Shown here in pieces: positions 46,519-54,007 of a stretch of 64,000 bases of DNA. The position numbers were made by a program, and so were the translations under genes. This DNA is from an uncultured Bdellovibrionales bacterium. GTDB lineage: Bacteria > Patescibacteriota > Minisyncoccia > Moranbacterales > UBA1568. A model generated the notes under the pieces. That model did no database searches, was not told the origin of the DNA, and saw only the letters and a list, made by a program, of their open reading frames with translations. Position 1 is the first letter of the stretch, and every line of letters begins with the position of its first letter. The DNA lies in contig CAZTBI010000001.1 of assembly GCA_964612055.1 (NCBI GenBank), positions 356,824 through 420,823 of the forward strand. The letters are read 5' to 3'.

Positions 46519-47591
46519 TCTTTAGAAACTGAAGATGAAGAAAAAGTGCTGTCAAAAAGTGTGACTGTCCGGTCCATAACTGTCGGCCAAGCGTTGATAA
46601 ATTCATGCGGCTCCCCCGGGTAACGATAATATTCGATCCGCTTCTCCTTCTCCCGAAGTATCTGATCCAAACGATCCGACCACGCTATCGGCACACTCTC
46701 GTCTACAGTTCCGTGATGCAACTGGAGAGGAGCCTCTATATCAGAGAGGAAGGTCATAGCAGAGATACCGTCCCAAAATGCTGGGTTATCCTCTGGACTG
46801 CCGAAACGCTGTTGGATTTTTTCTGCAGTTTCGGGACGACGGGAAAGCCATCGATCGAAATTTTCCCGTTGATCAGAAGAGACTGGGGCAAACAAAACCG
46901 CCGCTTGAACCAATTCCGGTTTGATGACCAGCACAGATAACGTCACGCCACCGCCCATAGAGTGTCCTAGCATACCAATCTTTTCCGCATTGACGTTTTG
47001 GAGTCCTGCCTGCTTCAAAGCCAGGATACCGTTGATCACGTCCTCTACATAACCAAAACGTAATTCCACATCGGCATCTGGATCCTTGTCCGATCCAGCG
47101 TGGTTCCGATAATCAGAGTGCACAATCACGTATCCGCGACGCGCCAAGTAGTCCTGCTCCCGCTTCAAACCACGACCGGTGGTATAGATAGCTGGGTCGA
47201 TGAAACCATGATTGAGGAAAAGTACCGGAAAGCCACCAGAGGGCGGCGTACCCTTGGGCATATCCATGATACCCGAAATAGTCAGGTTACTACTCTTGTA
47301 CGTAATAGCTGATTGGGTATAAGCAGTATTTTCCGCAAACGTTTTTCCTATGAAAAAATCCCGGCCGTCATACTCCTTTTCGCGGTAGGCTGGTATGGAA
47401 AATGGCTGGAAAGCCAGAGACTCTCCTTCTTTCGTTTCTTCTGAAAGAGGCGCTTCAAGAAGTTTCTCCCCTACCTCTTCGATAGAGACACCTTCTCGTA
47501 TCACCTGCTGCTTGTACCAATAAACAAAACTGAGACCAAGCAACACTATAACGATGAGAAGAAAAAACGTTTTCATATTTTTCCTACTCAA
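46515..47591 (-). CDS. Secreted alpha/beta-hydrolase (S9/dienelactone-hydrolase-like)
   Basis: Nucleophile elbow GHSMGGG. N-terminal signal anchor. Downstream Asp/His. Confidence 0.7.
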   Translation of the reverse strand: MSRKNMKTFFLLIVIVLLGLSFVYWYKQQVIREGVSIEEVGEKLLEAPLSEETKEGESLAFQPFSIPAYREKEYDGRDFFIGKTFAENTAYTQSAITYKSSNLTISGIMDMPKGTPPSGGFPVLFLNHGFIDPAIYTTGRGLKREQDYLARRGYVIVHSDYRNHAGSDKDPDADVELRFGYVEDVINGILALKQAGLQNVNAEKIGMLGHSMGGGVTLSVLVIKPELVQAAVLFAPVSSDQRENFDRWLSRRPETAEKIQQRFGSPEDNPAFWDGISAMTFLSDIEAPLQLHHGTVDESVPIAWSDRLDQILREKEKRIEYYRYPGEPHEFINAWPTVMDRTVTLFDSTFSSSSVSKE

Positions 47592-47624
47592 TATTTATAC
47601 TCACCCAAGAGAAGTGTCAGACAC

Positions 47625-48041
47625 TTAGGCGCCCGGAGTTTGTGGAGCCTGGCTCATATCCATATAAAATACTTCCCAGATATGACCATCCAAGTCTTCA
47701 AAAGCGCGACTATACATAAAGCCTTGATCCTGCGGTTCACGAGGTTCGCTTGCTCCAGCTTCCAGAGCTTTGGCCATCATCTCGTCCACTTCTTCCCGGC
47801 TCTCCACCGAAAGCGCGTTCAGCACCTCGGTCACCTTGGTGGTGTCAGCGATTTCTTTTGTGATAAAGGTCTGAAAAAAAGCTTCCGTCAAAAGCATGGT
47901 GTAGAGATTTTCCCCGATCACCATACAGGCGGCGTTTTCGTCGGTGAACTGCTCGTTAAAGGTGAATCCGAGCTTTCCGAAGAACTCCATCGTCGCCTCG
48001 AGATTACTCACCGGGAGATTCACAAATATCTGCTTGACCAT
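47625..48041 (-). CDS. VOC-family protein (glyoxalase-like)
   Basis: 138 aa, VNLPVSNLEATMEFFGKLGF ... typical VOC fold. Confidence 0.7.
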   Translation of the reverse strand: MVKQIFVNLPVSNLEATMEFFGKLGFTFNEQFTDENAACMVIGENLYTMLLTEAFFQTFITKEIADTTKVTEVLNALSVESREEVDEMMAKALEAGASEPREPQDQGFMYSRAFEDLDGHIWEVFYMDMSQAPQTPGA

Positions 48042-48131
48042 ATCTGCAAAATTAGTACTTACGCCCTCAGTATAACATTTTACCGATGAATAACCAGAGA
48101 AAAATCAAGGACTCGACACCCTCTTTAATCA

Positions 48132-48368
48132 TCACGGATCAGGCACCTCAAAAACCTTGTTTTTTCCAGTAGCACCAGAACGAAGAATCAACTGTGATTT
48201 CGGAATATTGAGGTGCTGAGCGAGAAGCTTCATGATAGCGTCATTCGCCTTCCCCTCCACGGGCATGGCTTTTACAGACACAACGAAATGAGTGGCGTCT
48301 TTCCGCTCCACACCTTCTTCTCGCGCCCTCGTCTTGGCTGTTACAAAAACTCTCATATGTTTCTTCAA
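48132..48368 (-). CDS. DUF167 (YggU/UPF0235) family protein
   Basis: 78 aa. VKAMPVEGKANDAIMKLLAQHLNIPKSQLILRSGATGKNK matches the YggU family. Confidence 0.7.
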   Translation of the reverse strand: MKKHMRVFVTAKTRAREEGVERKDATHFVVSVKAMPVEGKANDAIMKLLAQHLNIPKSQLILRSGATGKNKVFEVPDP

Positions 48369-48455
48369 TTATATCACCTACAAAAACCAGTTCGCCCCCT
48401 TATATAAGACGTCACACCACAATTTTTCTCATTTCCTTTTGTTTCGTCCAAAAAA

Positions 48456-48464
48456 TGCTATAAT
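48456..48464 (+). promoter_or_regulatory. Extended -10 promoter TGcTATAAT
   Basis: Seen directly. Confidence 0.45.
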
Positions 48465-48493
48465 CGAAAAAGAATCCTTAACCCCCTACCTTT

Positions 48494-48748
48494 ATGGGAT
48501 CGATGGAGCAAGTGCCGCTTGATTTTGAAGCCGAAGAGAATTTGGAACGTTTAAGTACTGAAGAACTGAAGGATCGTTATGTGAAGAGCGTCGGCTACGA
48601 ACCTGGTATGCGTTTTATTGGAAAAACGGAGCCAGAATTACGAGAAATCTATATAGAAGGAATAAACAATAAAGAGGCTGCTCTCCAGCGATTGCGAGAT
48701 ATAGACTCTGGTTATGACGGCATTGGTGACACCTGGAGTGGAAAATAG
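48494..48748 (+). CDS. Orphan plus-strand small acidic protein (84 aa)
   Basis: Extended -10 (TGcTATAAT) at ~48456-48464. Bidirectional hairpin terminator at ~48755-48785. Weak RBS; a start at MEQVPLD is an alternative. Confidence 0.45.
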   Translation: MGSMEQVPLDFEAEENLERLSTEELKDRYVKSVGYEPGMRFIGKTEPELREIYIEGINNKEAALQRLRDIDSGYDGIGDTWSGK

Positions 48749-48754
48749 AAACAA

Positions 48755-48827
48755 TAAAAACTGCCTTTCGGCAGTTTTTATTTTGAACAAAAGAAAAGGA
48801 GGGTTGATGATACATCATCTTCCCTCC
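48755..48827. terminator. Two adjacent hairpin terminators (AAAAACTGCC-tttc-GGCAGTTTTT bidirectional; GGAGGG...CCCTCC plus T-run on minus strand)
   Basis: Seen directly. They separate the convergent plus-strand orphan ORF and the lipoprotein gene. Confidence 0.65.
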
Positions 48828-48861
48828 GTGGTTCGGGTCAGGCGTTGAGCTGCCACCAGCA

Positions 48862-49173
48862 TCACTTGCCTTCGATGCGGTCGGTGCCGGTGCGGTTGCC
48901 CACCGGTGCGTTGGTTGCCGCGGCAGTGTCGGTCTTCTTGCCGGCCAAGTTGTCGAGGAAACCGCCGACCCATCCGTGAACGGCAGCGCCTGCCTTCCAG
49001 CCGGAGCCAAGCGTCGTGTTGCCCTTGTCGTCACTGCTCTTGCCCTGACCAGCCATCCATTGGCCGCTGGCCTTCATGCCGCTCGAGCTGCTCTCCAGCA
49101 CCGTAGCGCAGCCGCCGAGTGAGAATGCCATCGTGGCGAGCATCAGAGCCAAAGCCATACGAATCGTCTTCAT
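48862..49173 (-). CDS. Small lipoprotein (signal peptide plus lipobox LGGC), GC-rich
   Basis: MKTIRMALALMLATMAFSLGGCAT. Perfect TTGACT-17-TATAAT promoter at ~49221-49249 embedded in a 14-bp-arm palindrome. Two tandem terminators at 48755-48827. The ORF-track start at 49206 is a TTG. Confidence 0.5.
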   Translation of the reverse strand: MKTIRMALALMLATMAFSLGGCATVLESSSSGMKASGQWMAGQGKSSDDKGNTTLGSGWKAGAAVHGWVGGFLDNLAGKKTDTAAATNAPVGNRTGTDRIEGK

Positions 49174-49220
49174 GGGGACCCTGCCTTTCGTAAAGAACCG
49201 AACCAATCGTCGGTAGCCCT

Positions 49221-49272
49221 ATTATACCACTTCCAAAGCTCAAAGTCAATGGTATAATAGGGCTTATACAAA
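49221..49272 (-). promoter_or_regulatory. Perfect TTGACT-17-TATAAT promoter inside a palindrome with 14-bp arms (GCCCTATTATACCA / TGGTATAATAGGGC)
   Basis: Seen directly. Drives the lipoprotein gene. Confidence 0.55.
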
Positions 49273-49318
49273 AGAAAAAGCCGCCCCTTTCGGAACGGTT
49301 CTGTGGGAATATTCTCCC

Positions 49319-50692
49319 CTACTGCTTCGCCTCTGACCGAAGAAATGCTCGCGCACTCACCCAGTCTTTGACTTTCTCCTTGGTGAAGTGCCGATAATAC
49401 GGCGAGAGCCTCTGCCAAATCTGACGAATTCTCGCCGTGACAGCCCCGACCTTCATACCAAAGTATTCGCCTGCTTCTTTGTAACTTCTCGTACTCCCGG
49501 AACCGGGGAGGCCATAGCAATAGCAGAACAGCTCATGATCTCGTGTGGTAAGTCTCTCCCGAGATGTAGCCCACACCATGTCAAGCCTGGCCTGGATGAG
49601 CTCTAACCGCCCTGCCACTGAAAGGGTAGGGCTCGAATGCGTCACAGGCTTTTCCTTCCCTGCCACTGAAGGAGCGAGGTCCGAATGCGTTGAAATGTCT
49701 TCCCAGGAGAACTCACCCTGAGCGATTTCTTCGAAATAAGGAACGCCCGCCATCGCCCGTTCAAACACCTCTTCGGTGAAGATATCCTTGGGCACTTTCT
49801 TCCATATACCCTCCTTGATCTGCCGGATCCGCTCTCTTGTCAGATTGAACTGCTTCCCCGTCTCCTCAAGAGTTCTTCTCTCCCGATCAGCATCGAGACC
49901 GTAGAAATAGATGAACACATCGGAACGGTCATGCGCCATACCGGTACGGAGATACCGAATCAACAGGCTCACTTTTCTGGAAATTTCCTCCAGTTCTTTC
50001 CGAGCCTCAATGACCAAAGAAGGCTCTATGCTGTTCGGGTCGGCGACGGTATCGCTGATGGTGAGGTCTCCAGATTCTCCCTTGGTTTTCATAGGCTGCT
50101 CAAGCGAGGCCACCCCTCTCTCGTGAAGGAGGCGCAACATCTTCTCTACCTGCTTCTCCGTCAGCCCTGTCGCTGCGGCAATGTCTCGTCGGGTTGGCAC
50201 CACACCTTGAGCCAGTAAGCGCTCTTGGACATAGAGTACCTTTGAAACCAACTCTCCGACATGCGTAGGGAGACGGATGAGGCGACCCTGTTGAATGACA
50301 GCCTGAGCAATGCGTTGACGGATCCAGTAGGTCGCATACGTAGAGAACGCTGCCTTCGCCGGATCATATTTTCGAGCCGCTATCATGATCCCGATGGTTC
50401 CTTCTTGCATCAAGTCCTCAAATTCGAGGCCTTTTCTCAGGTATCGCCGGGCTATCACGTGCACCAATCCAAGATTGTGTCGAACCATCTTGTCGAGGGC
50501 GGCCTCATCTCCGACGCGGATACGCGCTGAGAGGGCATTGACCTCTTCTTGAGGAAGTACCGGGTAACGTTTCCGATCCGAAGGGAGACGACGTAGGGCC
50601 GTCTGACTATCGGAAGAAGGAGCTTCTCCGCTCAGATATCCCTCCCTCTCCAGAGAGGCCTCTGAGACGAAGTCTTGATCGACGTCTTTCAT
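49319..50692 (-). CDS. RNA polymerase sigma-70 family factor with an apparent tandem duplication of region 4
   Basis: Regions 1.2-2 (YATYWIRQRIAQAV), 3 and 4 (YFYGL...TLEETGKQFNLTRERIRQI), then a second region-4-like segment (CYCYGL...SYKEAGEYFGMKVGAVTARIRQI) at aa ~360-430. AGGAGG RBS. Confidence 0.85.
   Translation of the reverse strand: MKDVDQDFVSEASLEREGYLSGEAPSSDSQTALRRLPSDRKRYPVLPQEEVNALSARIRVGDEAALDKMVRHNLGLVHVIARRYLRKGLEFEDLMQEGTIGIMIAARKYDPAKAAFSTYATYWIRQRIAQAVIQQGRLIRLPTHVGELVSKVLYVQERLLAQGVVPTRRDIAAATGLTEKQVEKMLRLLHERGVASLEQPMKTKGESGDLTISDTVADPNSIEPSLVIEARKELEEISRKVSLLIRYLRTGMAHDRSDVFIYFYGLDADRERRTLEETGKQFNLTRERIRQIKEGIWKKVPKDIFTEEVFERAMAGVPYFEEIAQGEFSWEDISTHSDLAPSVAGKEKPVTHSSPTLSVAGRLELIQARLDMVWATSRERLTTRDHELFCYCYGLPGSGSTRSYKEAGEYFGMKVGAVTARIRQIWQRLSPYYRHFTKEKVKDWVSARAFLRSEAKQ
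49611..49690. repeat. Imperfect 32-bp direct repeat (period 48 bp) inside the sigma-factor gene linker
   Basis: CCTGCCACTGAA...CGAATGCGT occurs twice. Encodes the 16-aa repeats ...APSVAGKEKPVT / ...PTLSVAGRLELIQ. Confidence 0.55.
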
Positions 50693-50797
50693 GCAAACCT
50701 CCTAGAGAAGTGAAACAAAAAAAGAGTTGTTAAAGACCCTTAGGAATATTCCCATGCTTGCATTTCTATCTAAGATAGTCAACCAGAAGCAAAGCCT

Positions 50798-51070
50798 CTA
50801 TTTCTCGTCCTTCCAGGCCCACCACTGGAGTTTCTTGGGATCTGGTCTTTTGGTACTGGCATAATAAACAGCGCAACGAAACACGTAGAGCATGCAGCGA
50901 TCAATATGCTCCCCACGCAACTGACACAATTTTTCGTACAGACGTTCTGGATTCTTCCCCTTCAGACAACTGGGTCGATCGATACCGAGATCCCGCAGAT
51001 CCTGGGCGATACTTTTTCCCACTCCGGGAATACTTTCTAATCCTCGTTCTGGTTGTTTGAGAGTTTTCAT
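50798..51070 (-). CDS. Helix-hairpin-helix protein of the Cdd1 ('pathogenicity locus') family
   Basis: IPGVGKSIAQDLRDLGI HhH plus LYEKLCQLRGEHIDRCMLYVFRCAV ... WWAWKDE, matching the Cdd1/PF11731 pattern. Start set to the internal MKTLKQ. Confidence 0.55.
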   Translation of the reverse strand: MKTLKQPERGLESIPGVGKSIAQDLRDLGIDRPSCLKGKNPERLYEKLCQLRGEHIDRCMLYVFRCAVYYASTKRPDPKKLQWWAWKDEK

Positions 51071-51157
51071 ATCCGCAGTATACACCAAAGAAAAAATGAA
51101 ATGAAAAAGGATAGCGTCGAGATCGACACTACCCTTTGCTGATGCGTTGATCATGCA

Positions 51158-52006
51158 TCAATCGTCACTGTCACCTTTCGGCGATAGCTGGCGCCAGGCC
51201 AACTGTCCGATACCCGCGACTGCCGAAAAGATCCCAGCGAAGATGAAAACCGCATCAGCTGCAGCTCTGATGGCATTGTCATGATCCCGAAAAACATCTT
51301 CTTCGAGGGCAGCACGCCACGCGCCAGCCGTCAGGTAAACGTAGATGACGATGCCGACCCAGAAAAGAGGAGACATCTCTATGGCTCCCATCCCGAGCAG
51401 AGACCTGGAAGTCTCAGAAGCAAACTCCCAGAACACAAAGCCCAGAAAGAGCGCCGCATTCACCACGCCAGCCAGCGCCCAACCATCTTGAAACACTTCG
51501 GTGAAGCAGAATGCCACTAAAGATATAGCGGCAATGATGACTACCGTGGTCATGACTGCCATGAACACTTCCGACCAGTTGAGGAGCGCCGTCATTGACC
51601 CAACCGCTAAGCCGAGAAAGATCATCGTTCCAAGCACGCCTGCCAGGGTGCTACTCGGCTTACCTTCCTGGTGTGCCGAGTAGAGACAGATGAGCGCCAT
51701 CACAAGACAGGCCGCCGGGGCAGACCAAGTCGGATGGAGCCAAGCGTGACCGAGTGCCACCGTACTGCCGAAGATGAGCGCCAGCAGCGCCGAATAACCG
51801 GTCATGCCTCGAATGAAACCTTCTTTACTCCACTCCTTCGGCTCCTGGTGCGCCGAAGCAGACATCACATGTGACATGATGGACTCCTTGTAAAGTTGCC
51901 CTGTGAAAAAACCGACCGAGATCGGCACCGTACGACTCAATGAACTGCCAATAGTATACACCTCTATCGGATAAAATATCCTACTCCCCCACCTGTTATT
52001 CGTCAA
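51158..52006 (-). CDS. Hypothetical polytopic membrane protein (282 aa), GC-rich
   Basis: Six or more hydrophobic helices. No motif. Confidence 0.45.
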   Translation of the reverse strand: MTNNRWGSRIFYPIEVYTIGSSLSRTVPISVGFFTGQLYKESIMSHVMSASAHQEPKEWSKEGFIRGMTGYSALLALIFGSTVALGHAWLHPTWSAPAACLVMALICLYSAHQEGKPSSTLAGVLGTMIFLGLAVGSMTALLNWSEVFMAVMTTVVIIAAISLVAFCFTEVFQDGWALAGVVNAALFLGFVFWEFASETSRSLLGMGAIEMSPLFWVGIVIYVYLTAGAWRAALEEDVFRDHDNAIRAAADAVFIFAGIFSAVAGIGQLAWRQLSPKGDSDD

Positions 52007-52068
52007 CTTGGTAAAGAAAAAAGCGAGGGATCAGTGATCTCCTCGCTCCATGTTGCATGCCTCCCCGG

Positions 52069-52575
52069 TCAGAAGGCCGGCTTGTCAGCGTCGGCTTGTT
52101 CGCCATCCCTGGCAGCCTTGATGGCCTTGAGCTTGTCAGCAGCACTGCGATACCTCGGGCCCTGCTTCAGCTTGCCCTGTTCGAGGAAATCCCCTGGATA
52201 GGCTTTGGCATTCCGGCCATTGCGTTTCCAGAGACGAAACTTGAGGACATCACTGCCTTGTTTCGAGGTCAGCACCAAAGTGACAAATCCGTCAGGAAGA
52301 CGAAAGAACTTGCGCCTTCTCCCGTCATAACAGCGCACAGCTTTGCACTCGGACACTCCTTCGTACCCGAAGCCATGAGCGGCCAATGCCTCGCCAAGTG
52401 CCCTGTTGCTGTCGTTATTCTGACACTGAGCAAACCACTCCACTGCCGGGCCCTTCTTCTCTTCGCTTTCTTTACTACTCATGTCTGCTCCTTGGGAAGT
52501 TGCTGTACTGCGCGTGGGGAAGTTTCCCAACGACTCCGTATAGTAGAGGGAAAAATGCTCGTTGTCAATGATCAA
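52069..52575 (-). CDS. Hypothetical protein (168 aa) downstream of the DUF1905 gene
   Basis: Overlaps the DUF1905 stop by 11 nt, so probably co-translated. Basic C-terminus. No motif recognised. Confidence 0.4.
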   Translation of the reverse strand: MIIDNEHFSLYYTESLGNFPTRSTATSQGADMSSKESEEKKGPAVEWFAQCQNNDSNRALGEALAAHGFGYEGVSECKAVRCYDGRRRKFFRLPDGFVTLVLTSKQGSDVLKFRLWKRNGRNAKAYPGDFLEQGKLKQGPRYRSAADKLKAIKAARDGEQADADKPAF

Positions 52576-52870
52576 GAGTGAGAGTAAATGAAATAGTACT
52601 CCCTTTGTGAATACCTTCTGCGCTTCGAACAGATGCTTTCAAGGGAAGAAGATAGCTCTCTTGTTTTTTCTCAGGAAACAAAGATGTCTTCCAGGTCGTC
52701 TTGCCAATGGTGACGCTCACCTGGAGTGATCCCCAGCCCCGCGCGTTCATAGCAAAATTCTTTCTGATCTCTTGCGCTTGTTTTTTCGGGAGTGTCACAA
52801 AATGCCAGCTTGCATTCTCTCCTGGATACAACCATACCTCTGCTTTCATTTTGAATTGGTTCTTTATCAT
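52565..52870 (-). CDS. DUF1905-family protein
   Basis: KAEVWLYPGENASWHFVTLPKKQAQEIR ... GWGSLQVSVTIGKTTWKTSLFPEKKQESYLLPLKASVR matches the DUF1905 pattern. Confidence 0.7.
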   Translation of the reverse strand: MIKNQFKMKAEVWLYPGENASWHFVTLPKKQAQEIRKNFAMNARGWGSLQVSVTIGKTTWKTSLFPEKKQESYLLPLKASVRSAEGIHKGSTISFTLTLDH

Positions 52871-52929
52871 AGATACACATCATGAATACCTTCAGTATAT
52901 ACCAACTGAAAACTTTCAGAAAAGAAAAA

Positions 52930-52966
52930 AGCCGCGGGTTGATACCTCGCGGCTTTTTCTTTTCAA
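52930..52966. terminator. Bidirectional terminator AGCCGCG-loop-CGCGGCT with A6/T-run flanks
   Basis: Seen directly, downstream of the DUF1428 gene. Confidence 0.6.
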
Positions 52967-52983
52967 CAAAATTCTGATGCTTA

Positions 52984-53358
52984 TTAGGCCTCGACGAGGA
53001 CTTCGAACCCGCCGTACGCCATGCGCTTCATATCAAAAGGCATCGGCTTGTCCTTCCACTCTTCCGGGCTCATCGACGGATCACTCATCACTTTGGCGTT
53101 CACCTGATCGCGGTGCTTGCGTGACTTGAAGACAATGAAAGAAAAGATTACGACTTCCCCTCGCTTCAAGTTGGTCATCTTGGGGAACTGTGGCACCATC
53201 CCCATGCCTTTCGACCGGATGTCATCGCTCACGCACTCCTTGTAATCAAGTGCACCATACTTCTTCCAGACCCGCGCTCCTTCTTTGGCCATTTTCTTGT
53301 AAGCTGCGAGATCTTTTTCTTTCACCACGAGTACGAACCCGTCTACATACTTTGCCAT
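52984..53358 (-). CDS. DUF1428-family protein
   Basis: MAKYVDGFVLVVKEKDLAAYKKMAKEGARVWKKYGALDYKEC ... typical DUF1428. Bidirectional terminator at ~52930-52966. Confidence 0.7.
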   Translation of the reverse strand: MAKYVDGFVLVVKEKDLAAYKKMAKEGARVWKKYGALDYKECVSDDIRSKGMGMVPQFPKMTNLKRGEVVIFSFIVFKSRKHRDQVNAKVMSDPSMSPEEWKDKPMPFDMKRMAYGGFEVLVEA

Positions 53359-53431
53359 AGGATTACTATTATTTAATTATTTCTTCGATATTTCTAGTAT
53401 ACACCAAAACAAAAACCAGGTTAGAGGAGCT

Positions 53432-53716
53432 TCATCGTAACAACAGATAGACCACGTAGAGCAGTGCCATGTTCTCAAGAAAAAGAAGCGGGATACCGAT
53501 GAGGAAATACCACTTGCGGGTCTTGTGCCGGAACGTGAACATCCCAAAGAACACACCCACGCTCCCGAATAGTGTCGCCAAGAAAAAAAGCAGTCCCTCC
53601 GACACTCGCTCTGCCCCTTCTTTCCGAGACTTCCGCTTGTCGATATACATGACGAGCACCGCAAGCAAATTCATGAAAACGAAGAAGGCGGAAATGGCTT
53701 GGAGTATCGGGTCCAT
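53432..53716 (-). CDS. DUF1294-family membrane protein
   Basis: 94 aa. YIDKRKSRKEGAERVSE..LLFFLATLFGSVGVFFGMFTFRHKTRKWYF signature. Confidence 0.65.
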   Translation of the reverse strand: MDPILQAISAFFVFMNLLAVLVMYIDKRKSRKEGAERVSEGLLFFLATLFGSVGVFFGMFTFRHKTRKWYFLIGIPLLFLENMALLYVVYLLLR

Positions 53717-53728
53717 GGAATTGAAAAA

Positions 53729-53983
53729 TTATTTAACGAGTGAATTTTCTATAAGTTCCAGCTTCGATGAACGGGGAAGTTTCTTGATACGAGATTCTTC
53801 GATAGAAGCTTTGGAGCGATTGCGAAAGGCTTTGGAATAGACCAGTTTCACCGGCCGCCTGGCTCGCGTATACTTTGCACCGAGAGCCGACGCATTATGT
53901 TCCTCTACTCTTCGTTTCAAATCTACGGTAATACCAGTATACAGCGTCTTATCCGCACACCGGAGAATATAGAGGTGATACAT
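53729..53983 (-). CDS. GIY-YIG nuclease-superfamily small protein (YhbQ/UPF0213-like)
   Basis: MYHLYILRCADKTLYTGITVDLKRRVEEHN ... GIY-YIG motif. Confidence 0.75.
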   Translation of the reverse strand: MYHLYILRCADKTLYTGITVDLKRRVEEHNASALGAKYTRARRPVKLVYSKAFRNRSKASIEESRIKKLPRSSKLELIENSLVK

Positions 53984-54007
53984 ATGTGTAACCAGTTACG
54001 TAATTCT

